IMG/VR virus record: IMGVR_UViG_3300037780_000050
Coordinates: 1 to 64,000 of that record
Reading direction: 5' to 3' (one strand)
DNA from: a virus
Lineage: Duplodnaviria; Caudoviricetes
Length of the DNA stretch: 64,000 nt
Below the pieces are notes generated by a model. It was not told the origin of the DNA and made no database searches. It was given only the letters and a program-made list of their open reading frames with translations. A program made the position numbers and the translations under genes. Shown here piece by piece: positions 1-8,626 of the stretch (position 1 is the stretch's first letter; each line of letters begins with the position of its first letter).

Positions 1-5
1 TCAGC

Positions 6-24
6 TAGCGGGGGCCGCTTCGCG
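6..24 (+). repeat. 19-bp direct repeat TAGCGGGGGCCGCTTCGCG, copy 1 (copy 2 at 1357-1375)
   Basis: exact match seen; in copy 2 it forms the 3' arm of a hairpin. Confidence 0.85.
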
Positions 25-50
25 CCCGGGCCGATAATTCCAGGCCGTAG

Positions 51-81
51 GTTGCGAGCGGGCAACTACTGCCGATAGTGT
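51..81 (+). promoter_or_regulatory. sigma-A-type promoter (TTGCGA-18-TAGTGT) overlapped by GTTG-N8-CAAC palindrome
   Basis: GTTGcgagcgggCAAC at 51-66; TAGTGT at 76-81; upstream of ORF at 129. Confidence 0.55.
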
Positions 82-128
82 CACTCCCAGCGGCCCCCAC
101 CGGGGGCCCCGACAGATAGGAGCCACCC

Positions 129-518
129 ATGACGAAGACTACGAAATACGGGGCCACTTTCCACAGTGTCCGCGGCGGTGCGGTGCGGTGTCGCGTTGAA
201 TCGGTCGCGCTCGCCCCCGATGGGTTCAGCGGCCCCGGGGGCATCATCGTGCGGGCCATCAGTACGGCTCGCAATTCCGCGGCCTACCCGGTGGGAACAC
301 CGATCGAAGCGCGGGCGCATCACTTCACAATGGACCGCGGGTCGCTCGGTCGGGCCGTGATTCGTGCCCTACAGACCGGGGGCCACCGGGGCCGTGGGAC
401 GTTCATCGTGGAAGACGCCGCGGGCCGCTTCGATGAGTACGGCGGCGCTGGCATCCCACAATGGTGGACCACCCATGTCGGCGCTGGGGTGCGTTACTAC
501 CCGATCGGGGGCCACTGA
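129..518 (+). CDS. hypothetical protein, cassette gene 1
   Basis: GGAG RBS before ATG; ends PIGGH in the junction repeat. Confidence 0.75.
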   Translation: MTKTTKYGATFHSVRGGAVRCRVESVALAPDGFSGPGGIIVRAISTARNSAAYPVGTPIEARAHHFTMDRGSLGRAVIRALQTGGHRGRGTFIVEDAAGRFDEYGGAGIPQWWTTHVGAGVRYYPIGGH

Positions 519-520
519 TG
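501..520 (+). repeat. gene-junction repeat CCGATCGGGGGCCAYYGATG, copy 1
   Basis: CCGATCGGGGGCCACTGATG, containing the stop of gene 1 and ATG of gene 2. Confidence 0.9.
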
Positions 521-814
521 AGCGCCGATGTCACCCGCGCAGAGATGGACGAAGCGCACCGCACCGGGAACCGATTCACGGTCTACGGCCCGCGAGAGTT
601 GCGCCGCGGCGCCACCGTGACCGATTGGCCCGGTGCTGAATTGGGCCGCATCACTACGGTAGGCACTCGCCCCCACGCTTGGACTACTCGCCACCGATCG
701 ACATGGGGCGAGCGGTACTACTGCACCATGGTCGACACTGCGGGCAATCGGTGGGCCGGTTGGGTCGCGGCTGGCATGGCGAGCAACGTTCGACCGATCG
801 GGGGCCACCGATGA
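518..814 (+). CDS. hypothetical protein, cassette gene 2
   Basis: ATG inside the junction repeat (MSADVT...), ends PIGGHR. Confidence 0.75.
   Translation: MSADVTRAEMDEAHRTGNRFTVYGPRELRRGATVTDWPGAELGRITTVGTRPHAWTTRHRSTWGERYYCTMVDTAGNRWAGWVAAGMASNVRPIGGHR
794..813 (+). repeat. gene-junction repeat copy 2
   Basis: CCGATCGGGGGCCACCGATG. Confidence 0.9.
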
Positions 815-1065
815 GCGCACATGCCGAGAGATTCCACCGGGGCACGTTCACTCTGTCGATCGACATGGGGCAGGAGCGGCCCGCGAGCGCAGCGGCCCCG
901 ACATCGGCCCATGCCATCGCTGAGCTACTGCGCAGTGTTGCCGACCGTATCGACCATGGCGATTGGCACCCGGGCCACACGCGATCGATTATCGGCGCCG
1001 GGGGCGAGCGCATTGGGTCGTATCGTTTCCCACCGCACAGCGAACCGATCGGGGGCCATCGATGA
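811..1065 (+). CDS. hypothetical protein, cassette gene 3
   Basis: ATGA overlap in the repeat (MSAHAE...), ends PIGGHR. Confidence 0.7.
   Translation: MSAHAERFHRGTFTLSIDMGQERPASAAAPTSAHAIAELLRSVADRIDHGDWHPGHTRSIIGAGGERIGSYRFPPHSEPIGGHR
1045..1064 (+). repeat. gene-junction repeat copy 3
   Basis: CCGATCGGGGGCCATCGATG. Confidence 0.9.
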
Positions 1066-1304
1066 AACTCTACGTAGAGGCTATCGACGAAGCGGGCCGC
1101 GTCCGGCTGGGATCGATGGACGGTCAGACGGTGTTTCGCTGTGCGAACTATCGTCGGACGCATCATTACCGATTGTTGGTCAGCGGGGCCATGCCTCGGC
1201 GGCCCGGGATCAACCGGTGGCGAGTAGTGACCGATCGGGGCGATGTGGTGGAGGAGATCACAGCGCGCCGAACCTATGCCGAGTACCGATCGGACCATAG
1301 TTAG
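1062..1304 (+). CDS. hypothetical protein, cassette gene 4
   Basis: ATGA overlap (MKLYVE...), followed by a hairpin. Confidence 0.7.
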   Translation: MKLYVEAIDEAGRVRLGSMDGQTVFRCANYRRTHHYRLLVSGAMPRRPGINRWRVVTDRGDVVEEITARRTYAEYRSDHS

Positions 1305-1345
1305 GGCACAGCAACCGGCCCCGTACCACAACCCAACCCACGCAC

Positions 1346-1375
1346 AGCGGCCCCCATAGCGGGGGCCGCTTCGCG
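1346..1375 (+). terminator. hairpin AGCGGCCCCC-atagc-GGGGGCCGCT closing the cassette
   Basis: perfect 10-bp inverted repeat after the last cassette gene; weak U-tract. Confidence 0.65.
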
Positions 1376-2391
1376 TTCACAGCGCAGCGGGCACAGCGCA
1401 CAGCGGGGTCATTCTGGACTGGTGGCAAGCCGATACGGCCCCGGCCCCGTACGAACTAGGGGCAATGCACTGCCTACAATTTCCAAACGAACTGGCACGG
1501 TGCGAGCACAGCACAAGCGCAGAACGTCCCAGCTAGGCAGCCCATAGCGGCCCGGTAGTTGTTGCGATTGGTGGAGGGGCCATAGCCGCGGGGTCGATGG
1601 GGAAACTGGCCACCATCCCCCGCAGCGCCGGGGGCGAGACTGCCAGGGCACCGCAGCACCCCGACCACCAGGGGAGACGAACGCGGCGGGCCGGGGGCAA
1701 CCGGGGCGAAGCGGGCCCCCAACCGGTGCGGGCAGCGATCGAAGCGCACCGGCCCCCGCAGCGGCCCCTACGATGGCCCTGGCGGGCCGATCTAGGTGGC
1801 TCCGGTATGGCCATACTGCCCGGGCCCTAGCGGCCCGCAGAACGCAGCGGTGGGGCCGTAGAGACGAAGCGGCCCCCGGTGGGGGCACCGCAGCGGCCCA
1901 AACCACCTACCGTGAGATTGCCGCGCAGCGTGGCACCGCACCGCGTGAGATTCTCACTCTGCGTACGGCCACGGACAGTGATAATGGGTAGGGGTGCCGA
2001 CCACGGAGCGTGACCGACCACGGAGGGTGGGCGAATGCCACCCCGGAGCCTCATGTGTGTCGAGAAGGGGTCCCTCAATTCATCTTGCCTCTACCTACCG
2101 GGGTCCCTTATCGAGGGGTAGGGGTGCCCGCTCGAACGATCTTGAGGGAGGGGTAGGGGTCCCGAGGGCACCAGACACGAACCATCTTGAGGGTTACGGG
2201 TCCCCAGACCACCGGAATCGGCCCGTTTCAGCCCCAACCATCTAGAGAGCCGCAACGCCGTGACCAGGGGAAATGGATTTCGAGAGCCGATTCGGCCCCA
2301 GTGGTGGGTCTAGGGGCAAACGATCTTAGGGAGCCCATGTGGAACGACGTGAACTCTCGATACAAGAATCCCGAATCTCGGCGTATTTCGA

Positions 2392-2736
2392 TCACCCGAA
2401 GCGCCAGGACCCTGCTTCGCAGGGAGCACAGGCGCCGTCGGGGGTCATGTAGTGGCCGCAGTCGGGGCAGGAGGATTCGTCTGCTGCGCAGAGGGCGTAC
2501 TCCTCCCAGCAGGCTTCGAGGTAGCGGCGGTGTGCGGGGAGGGTGACGCCGTGGAGCTTGCCCAGCAGGCGGGCCAGGACCCAGTGCTCACGCACGAGGT
2601 TTGGTGACCAGAGGTGGGGGCGGGTGCAGACATCGCCGATGAGGCGCTCGCTGAGGGTGTGGTAGCGAAGCTCGTTGGGGGTGAGCTTGGGTGTGGGTGG
2701 GGTGTAGCCGGATTTGCGTTGTCGCTTCATGCCCAT
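2392..2736 (-). CDS. hypothetical protein with C-terminal CxxC...CxxC
   Basis: MGMKRQRK...CPDCGHYMTPDGACAPC; divergent from the 2800 ORF; the only plausible minus-strand gene. Confidence 0.5.
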   Translation of the reverse strand: MGMKRQRKSGYTPPTPKLTPNELRYHTLSERLIGDVCTRPHLWSPNLVREHWVLARLLGKLHGVTLPAHRRYLEACWEEYALCAADESSCPDCGHYMTPDGACAPCEAGSWRFG

Positions 2737-2799
2737 ATCAAGGAGCGCTGCGCGGCGGGGTGTAAACCATCTGGTGAGATTCTTCCCGGTGGGGTAGCA

Positions 2800-3345
2800 A
2801 TGAGCATGAAAGAGATCAACGCACAGGCTGCCTTCGTCGCAGCGATAGAGGCATCCCAGGACAGCATCGATGAGGACTGCGATCCAGACGAGCTGGCCCA
2901 GTACATGGGCGAGCAGATGGTCGCAGCGCTGCGGGAGCTGTACGGGGTCGGCGACGAGGCGCACATCATCAACGATCTGGAGTTCTTCGACGTGATGAGC
3001 GCGCTGGTGGACTCGGTGCGGTGGGAGTACCAGCAGTTGGTCGACCGCGCCTACACGATCATGGAGGACCAGGCGCCTCGCTTGGATCAAGGATCAATAC
3101 CTGTGATGTGGTCCCCAACAGTCAAGGCAGCCATCAATCAGGCAGTCGAGACGGAGGAAGCAGTGATTCGGCTGGTAGCGGTCATCGGACCCAATCCGGG
3201 TCTGCACGAGGCTGCGTTTGATGAGGTGGCTCGCAGAGCAGATCTGTTCGACTCTCAACTCCATGCGGCGCAGTCAGTGTTCGATGACGTGACCACGGGC
3301 AGGCTTCGGTGGGCCGGTCTGGCAGAAAACAACCCCGAGGAGTAG
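2800..3345 (+). CDS. hypothetical protein
   Basis: acidic helical-looking ORF from MSMKEIN; phage-like codon usage. Confidence 0.7.
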   Translation: MSMKEINAQAAFVAAIEASQDSIDEDCDPDELAQYMGEQMVAALRELYGVGDEAHIINDLEFFDVMSALVDSVRWEYQQLVDRAYTIMEDQAPRLDQGSIPVMWSPTVKAAINQAVETEEAVIRLVAVIGPNPGLHEAAFDEVARRADLFDSQLHAAQSVFDDVTTGRLRWAGLAENNPEE

Positions 3346-3352
3346 TACAGGC

Positions 3353-3622
3353 ATGACCAAGAACAACAGCGATCACATGTTCCAGTTCGATGTGGTGGAC
3401 GAGATCCCCTCCCGATCGGCGGGACGGCCGCTCAGCCCGGAGATCGCCGCGCTGGTGACCGCTGCCCGAGACAACGAGGGCAAGTGGGTGAAGGTGCCGT
3501 GCGCCAACGCCGAGGAGACCCGACGCTGGCAGGCCCGAGTCAAGAGCGCCATCAAGCGCGGCGACATCGCCGAGACCGCCACCCGCAACGGTGACGTGTA
3601 CGTGCGGGCGGGCGCCCAATGA
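3353..3622 (+). CDS. small hypothetical protein, possibly DNA-binding
   Basis: GAGGAG RBS; ATGA coupling to the next gene. Confidence 0.75.
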   Translation: MTKNNSDHMFQFDVVDEIPSRSAGRPLSPEIAALVTAARDNEGKWVKVPCANAEETRRWQARVKSAIKRGDIAETATRNGDVYVRAGAQ

Positions 3623-3972
3623 GCCCGGAGCCGGAGTTGGTCGACAGCATGTTCGATGACGAGGTGAGCTACGCCCAGGCGCTGGAGGTGATGGAGGCCT
3701 TGGCGGCGCACGCCCGGTCCAAGTACGAGGTGGACGTGAGCCACCCGGCGCAGGAGAAGCTGGCCGACATGCTGGCCAGTGCGGGCGAGGACCCCATCGA
3801 GCTGGTCTGTGAGCTGTGTACGGCGGTGCTCCAGCTCACGGCGATCATCGAGGAGGCATCGATGGTGGGCGTGATCACGTCGTTCATGGGGCTGCACGCC
3901 GTGCTGGAGCGCAAGGCCCGTGCCGAGGGCACCAGCCACCTGTTTCCCCACCTTCGCCGGGAAGTGTCATGA
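3619..3972 (+). CDS. hypothetical protein
   Basis: 4-bp overlaps on both sides. Confidence 0.75.
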   Translation: MSPEPELVDSMFDDEVSYAQALEVMEALAAHARSKYEVDVSHPAQEKLADMLASAGEDPIELVCELCTAVLQLTAIIEEASMVGVITSFMGLHAVLERKARAEGTSHLFPHLRREVS

Positions 3973-4268
3973 GGATCTGGCTCAACCTGTACCGGATGCC
4001 GGACGGCGACATCGATGCCTACGCCTACGACCGCAAGGTGGTGCCGCTCGATCACGTCGGCCAGCGCATCGTTGAGGGGTTCCCGATCGAGGTCCCCGAC
4101 CCGCCGAAGGTGGTCTGGGTAGACGGAGAGAAGTGGACTCGTCACGAAGACGGGAGCTGGTGGACAGACCGCGGCGATCATGCGTACGCCTACGGCACAG
4201 CCGCTTCGCTCATGGAGCGCGTCTGGGAGCTGGAGAACCCAGACATAGACAGGAGCAGCGCGCCATGA
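3969..4268 (+). CDS. hypothetical protein
   Basis: MRIWLNLY start by ATGA overlap. Confidence 0.75.
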   Translation: MRIWLNLYRMPDGDIDAYAYDRKVVPLDHVGQRIVEGFPIEVPDPPKVVWVDGEKWTRHEDGSWWTDRGDHAYAYGTAASLMERVWELENPDIDRSSAP

Positions 4269-4618
4269 GCTGGTTGTCCAAGCTCGACGCCGCCAAGCTG
4301 CTGTGTCGCAAGCTGGGCCACACGTGGGAGATTTCCTACTGGTACAAGCCCACACCGCGGTCGCGGCGCACCGGCACAGACGACGCCTACCCCTATCTGC
4401 CGCCCGACGAGCGCACCAAGCCCGGCGACCGCATCGTGTTGTTCCGCTGTGCGCGCTGTGAGACCGAGCGGTTCGACCAGATCGCCGTCACCGGGGAGCT
4501 GATCCGCCGCAAGTACGCCTACGCCACGGACTACGCCCGCCCCCGGGAGGCTCCGAAGCCGAACAGCGCCACGCTCAACGCCGAGATGCTGCGCCGCTTG
4601 GGGCAGGACAAGTTGTGA
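4265..4618 (+). CDS. hypothetical protein (C..GH.W and CxxC motifs)
   Basis: MSWLSKL start by ATGA overlap. Confidence 0.75.
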   Translation: MSWLSKLDAAKLLCRKLGHTWEISYWYKPTPRSRRTGTDDAYPYLPPDERTKPGDRIVLFRCARCETERFDQIAVTGELIRRKYAYATDYARPREAPKPNSATLNAEMLRRLGQDKL

Positions 4619-4869
4619 GCGATGACCTGATCGTGCGAGTAAGGGACTGCGCCGCTGTCCAGCGGACCGTCGAACGTCGTGACATTTTGCTCAAAGCCGC
4701 CGCCCGCATCGCCGAGCTGGAAGCCGAACTGCGGGTCATCGCTGATGAGGTGGCCGTTACCGGGGGTGAGTTCTGGCTCGATACGGACATCGCAGACCGT
4801 CTCCCGGTGTTCTGTGCGATGGTCGACGCCATCTACTATCCAGACAACAACAGCAAGGAATCATCATGA
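4615..4869 (+). CDS. MSDDL/AARIAELEAE family protein (ead/Ea22-like), paralogue of the 42.4-43.4 kb array
   Basis: shares the MSDDL start and RIAELEAE motif. Confidence 0.7.
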   Translation: MSDDLIVRVRDCAAVQRTVERRDILLKAAARIAELEAELRVIADEVAVTGGEFWLDTDIADRLPVFCAMVDAIYYPDNNSKESS

Positions 4870-5387
4870 AGACGTGGCAGCAGTGGGCCATCGGCGTCGC
4901 GGGAGCACTCACCGCTTTGGTGGTCGTGGGGGCGCTCCTCCCAGACGACGAGGGCGCCCAGGAAGTGTCCGCACAGGTGGCGCAGGAACGGGTGGAGGCG
5001 CCCACACCGGCTCCCACACCGGCTCCCACACCGGAGCCTACGGCAACGCCGGTCCCGACACCGACTCCCGAGCCGACACCGACTCCCGAGCCGACACCGA
5101 CTCCCGTCGCTGTGGACGAAGAAGCGCTCAAGATCTTGGTCTTTCGCAACATGACCGATGATCTCGACACCGCCACGTCGGACAACCTCACCGATGACGA
5201 GATCTTGGACTTCGCCGACAGCGTGTGTTTGCTGGCGTCCCTCTCCGATACGACCGAGGAGTTCGTCATTCTCGCGATGTCGGCGAACGACGGCTCCGGG
5301 ATGTCCAACGCGGACGCTGCTCGCACTGTGGGCGCTCTCATCGGCGTGTTCTGTCCCGAGGAGGCCGACCGACTCGGGTTCGGATGA
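4866..5387 (+). CDS. membrane-anchored protein with Pro/Thr linker and DUF732-like C-terminal domain
   Basis: N-terminal TM helix, PTPE repeats, C-terminus with VC...FCP Cys pair. Confidence 0.7.
   Translation: MKTWQQWAIGVAGALTALVVVGALLPDDEGAQEVSAQVAQERVEAPTPAPTPAPTPEPTATPVPTPTPEPTPTPEPTPTPVAVDEEALKILVFRNMTDDLDTATSDNLTDDEILDFADSVCLLASLSDTTEEFVILAMSANDGSGMSNADAARTVGALIGVFCPEEADRLGFG
5001..5105 (+). repeat. coding tandem repeats (12-bp CCCACACCGGCT, 18-bp CCGACACCGACTCCCGAG)
   Basis: seen directly; encode the PTPA/PTPTPE linker. Confidence 0.85.
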
Positions 5388-5396
5388 GGAGCGGCT

Positions 5397-5705
5397 GTGC
5401 AGCCCTACTACGACGGTGACTACTGCATCACCGAGGACAACGTGCCGTGGAAGGTCCCCGAGGTGCGCCAGTGGGGGTCTCCTGCCCGGGAGTTGGGACG
5501 CAGTGACACCCGGCGCAGGGTGTTTCGGGCACCGCGTCCGGCAGAGCCCGCTCGTTGGATCACGTGGCCTGATACCGATGTGCGCGGCCGGTGGTTGTGG
5601 TGGAGAGACGTGGATTCCGGGAGACGGGTGCGCACGGAGATCGAGACGGCGGTGCAGGTGCGGGAGGTGGGTCCGTGGATGGACGTGCAGGAGAAGCTGA
5701 TCTGA
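5397..5705 (+). CDS. hypothetical protein
   Basis: GAGGAG RBS, GTG start. Confidence 0.7.
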   Translation: MQPYYDGDYCITEDNVPWKVPEVRQWGSPARELGRSDTRRRVFRAPRPAEPARWITWPDTDVRGRWLWWRDVDSGRRVRTEIETAVQVREVGPWMDVQEKLI

Positions 5706-5878
5706 CCGCACTGGCGTGGGAGTTGACTCCCCGCGTCCTGCTGGTGTTCGTGGTCTGGTACTTCGTGGATCGAGAGATCCGACGCCGCTACCCCAAGCCG
5801 CGCCACCGTCGGCGAGGGCGTCCTCCCCGACCGCCGAGGCCCGAGCGTCCTGACCCCTATCCCGACGGCAGGGGTTGA
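5702..5878 (+). CDS. small membrane protein (start uncertain)
   Basis: hydrophobic VLLVFVVWYFV followed by an Arg/Pro tail; possible CTG start overlapping the previous stop. Confidence 0.4.
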   Translation: MTALAWELTPRVLLVFVVWYFVDREIRRRYPKPRHRRRGRPPRPPRPERPDPYPDGRG

Positions 5879-5902
5879 CATGCCAGCGTCAGCGTGTACG
5901 AT
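5875..5902 (+). promoter_or_regulatory. possible sigma-A promoter TTGACA-16-TACGAT
   Basis: consensus -35 and plausible -10 in an intergenic region. Confidence 0.4.
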
Positions 5903-6017
5903 CTACTCCCAGCGAAGTTGGTGACTCCGCTGTTGTGTGTGAGAAGCGGTGTGTCGGGCTGGGTGGTTCCCCCGACACACCGCTTCTGCCGTTCCGGGCA
6001 GAAAGTTCCGTCAACTA

Positions 6018-6047
6018 CTTGACAGGACGCAACCAAAGCCCTACAGT
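6018..6047 (+). promoter_or_regulatory. sigma-A promoter TTGACA-17-TACAGT with CTTG-N8-CAAC operator
   Basis: near-consensus; ATG 8 nt downstream of the -10, so probably leaderless. Confidence 0.8.
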
Positions 6048-6054
6048 GGTCCCC

Positions 6055-6291
6055 ATGAGCACACCGAGCACCAACCCGACCACCCCCGCCCACTTCGAGT
6101 TCCTCAGCGTGGTCAACCTTCGCCCCGGCGACGTGTTCGGCCACCCCTTCAACCGCTACGAGGTCGACTACATCGCCCCTCGCGGTGACGAGTTCGAGAT
6201 CGGCGCCCGGGAGGTGTCCAGCGGCGATCCCGTCACCTTCACCGTCGACTCCGGCGCTGCGCTCGTGGTCGATGTCGTCCGGTACTTCTGA
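6055..6291 (+). CDS. hypothetical protein
   Basis: MSTPSTNP start right after the promoter. Confidence 0.75.
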   Translation: MSTPSTNPTTPAHFEFLSVVNLRPGDVFGHPFNRYEVDYIAPRGDEFEIGAREVSSGDPVTFTVDSGAALVVDVVRYF

Positions 6292-6321
6292 TCCAACCAC
6301 CCCAAGAAAGCAGGAACCACC

Positions 6322-6666
6322 ATGGGACTCAGCACCCACAAGCCCCGCCCCCGCCCGATCGGCTACAGCTTCCACGAGGATCCCCACGAGGGCTGCGACG
6401 GCTACGGCCAGAACGGCGGCGGTCCCGCAGGCTTCGAGGAGAGCGCGTGCATGATGTGCGACTGCGCCGTCGGCGGGTACCTCGGAGACGATGACGACTA
6501 CGGCCGTGGCCCCCGGGCCGAGTGGACCAGCTACCTGGCCATCGAGCTGACCGACGGCACGTACCGGTTCTACTGCGAGGACTGCGCCGAACCGGCCTAC
6601 GACATGGCCGAGGTCATCCGCCGAGAGTTGGATGATCGGGGGTGGGTCACGACCCCCAATTTCTGA
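6322..6666 (+). CDS. hypothetical protein with Cys motifs
   Basis: AGGAACCACC leader; CxxC motifs. Confidence 0.75.
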   Translation: MGLSTHKPRPRPIGYSFHEDPHEGCDGYGQNGGGPAGFEESACMMCDCAVGGYLGDDDDYGRGPRAEWTSYLAIELTDGTYRFYCEDCAEPAYDMAEVIRRELDDRGWVTTPNF

Positions 6667-6682
6667 TTCACTGTCCGGTGGT

Positions 6683-6720
6683 TGATCCCCCACGTTGGTG
6701 CCCGCCGATGTGGGGGATCA
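6683..6720 (+). terminator. hairpin TGATCCCCCAC...GTGGGGGATCA
   Basis: 11-bp perfect stem extended with G-U pairs. Confidence 0.7.
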
Positions 6721-6755
6721 GTCGCGTCTGGAAGCAGGTGTAGGCTCACGACACC

Positions 6756-8618
6756 ATGGCTCCCAAGGTCAGACTCAGTGAGATCGTCCGCGACATGTCC
6801 ACCGCGGACCGCGATCGGCAGCTTTCCACGATCTTCGCCGAGGAGCCGGTGCCGCTCACCACGTTCGTGACCGATGCCAAGTTCCTGGCCAACCCCAAGC
6901 TCTCCCCGGTGCAGTACGACGCGGTGCGGGCGATCGAGCGGGTGTTGTACCAGCAGACGTACGAGATGATGACGCTGGAGTGGGGCGAGTATTGGGAGCC
7001 TCTGCACCCCCAGAACTTCATCACCCTCCAGTGGGGCAAGGGCTCCGGCAAGGATCACATCTGCCGCATGGGCGCGCTGCGGGTGTGCTACCTGCTCAAC
7101 TGTATGCACGACCCTCTGACCTACTACGGGATGCCTCCGCAGGACACCATCCACGTCCTCAACGTGGCCAGCAGCTCCAACCAGGCCCAGCAGGCGTTCT
7201 TCATCCCCATGTCCCGCGCCGTGAAGCGGGGGTGGTTCGCCGACATGTGCGAGCCCAAGATGAACACCATCTCGTGGGAGAAGAACGTGGAGTGCATCAG
7301 CGGTCACTCCGACTCGGAGTCCCAGGAGGGTCTCAACATCTTGCTGGGCATCGCGGATGAGATCGATGCCTTCAAGACCAAGGAGGAGCTGGAGCGCTTC
7401 CGTGGGCGCGGGTTGCGGGAGCCGGTCAAGAGCGCCGAGGCGATCCTCAAGATGATGCGCACCTCAGCCAGCACCCGGTTCCCCGACGTGTTCAAGAACG
7501 TGAGGATCTCTTACCCCCGGTTCAAGGGGTCCACCATCCAGCGGCTCACCCGGCTCGCTCGTGACGACATCGAGGCCCGAGGTGAGAAGTCCCGCCACTA
7601 CGTCAGCGGTCCGCTGCCCACGTGGGAGGTCAACCCCCGGGTGTCGGGCAAGGAGGACTTCCAAGAGGACTACGACGAAGACGAGGCCATGGCGCGGGGC
7701 ATGTACGAGTGTGACCCCCAACTCGCCCAGGAGAACCTCTACTTCACGAATCTCGATGCGTGGGACGCCGCGGAGTACGTCAAGGACGACCAACCGCTGG
7801 AGATCACCTATCACTGGGAGAACAACGCATGGCAGGTCGAGTTCCACTTCGCTCCGTGGCTCGTTCCCATCGAGGGGGCGCGCTACGCGCTCCACGGCGA
7901 CATCGCCATCAGCGGCGACAAGGCAGGCATCGCCATGAGTCACGTACAGTCGTGGAAGGATGGCGAGTTGTTGACCGAGGACGAGCGTGGGCGAGAGGTG
8001 AAGATCCCGACATCTTTGCCGTTCGTCAAGAACGACTTCGTGGCCAGCTTCACCGCAGATGTCCATGCCCATCCCGCACCGCGCGAGGTGCAGGTGCGGT
8101 GGTACCGGCAGTTGCTGTGGGAGTTGCAGCGTCGTGGGTTCTACGTGTGCCGCTACACCTTCGACCAGTTCCAGAGCACCGACTCCCAGCAGATCATCGA
8201 GTTGGCGGGCGTGGAGACCGACACGGTGTCGATGGACCGCAACGACTTGCCGTGGAAGACCCTGCGGGACGTGGTGTACGACGGCCGCTTCTCGATCCAG
8301 TACCGGGAGTCGCTCCGTGAGGAGATCTTCGCACTGGGGCGCACCAATCAGGGCAAGGTGGACCATCCACCGGGCGGTAGCAAGGACGAGGCCGATGCGC
8401 TCTGTGGAAGCGTTCTCGGGGCGCTCACGGTGGGAGGTGCGGAGAGCACAGAGGGCGAGACATCGGTGGCCGGAGGGTTGATGGGGCCTGCCGTGACCGA
8501 TGACTATGTGGAGATGGGTGCCGCCGACGACTTCATGTTCGGCCCAGATGCCGGAGACGCCGCGGGCGACTTCGACTTCTTCGGGCTCGATGACAGCGAC
8601 GCCATGAGTTGGAGCTAG
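6756..8618 (+). CDS. terL: terminase large subunit
   Basis: Walker A WGKGSGKD, Walker B GIADEIDAF, RNase H-like C-terminus (HGDIA, FDQFQS, DHPPGGSKDEADA); precedes the portal. Confidence 0.9.
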   Translation: MAPKVRLSEIVRDMSTADRDRQLSTIFAEEPVPLTTFVTDAKFLANPKLSPVQYDAVRAIERVLYQQTYEMMTLEWGEYWEPLHPQNFITLQWGKGSGKDHICRMGALRVCYLLNCMHDPLTYYGMPPQDTIHVLNVASSSNQAQQAFFIPMSRAVKRGWFADMCEPKMNTISWEKNVECISGHSDSESQEGLNILLGIADEIDAFKTKEELERFRGRGLREPVKSAEAILKMMRTSASTRFPDVFKNVRISYPRFKGSTIQRLTRLARDDIEARGEKSRHYVSGPLPTWEVNPRVSGKEDFQEDYDEDEAMARGMYECDPQLAQENLYFTNLDAWDAAEYVKDDQPLEITYHWENNAWQVEFHFAPWLVPIEGARYALHGDIAISGDKAGIAMSHVQSWKDGELLTEDERGREVKIPTSLPFVKNDFVASFTADVHAHPAPREVQVRWYRQLLWELQRRGFYVCRYTFDQFQSTDSQQIIELAGVETDTVSMDRNDLPWKTLRDVVYDGRFSIQYRESLREEIFALGRTNQGKVDHPPGGSKDEADALCGSVLGALTVGGAESTEGETSVAGGLMGPAVTDDYVEMGAADDFMFGPDAGDAAGDFDFFGLDDSDAMSWS

Positions 8619-8626
8619 GAGACGAG

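Noticed and set aside
501-1064. CRISPR-like appearance of the 20-bp repeats
   Set aside because: Spacing is ~250-290 bp and each interval is a full ORF; no cas genes
4757-5341. Minus-strand GVGS-repeat ORF
   Set aside because: Reverse reading of the Pro/Thr linker
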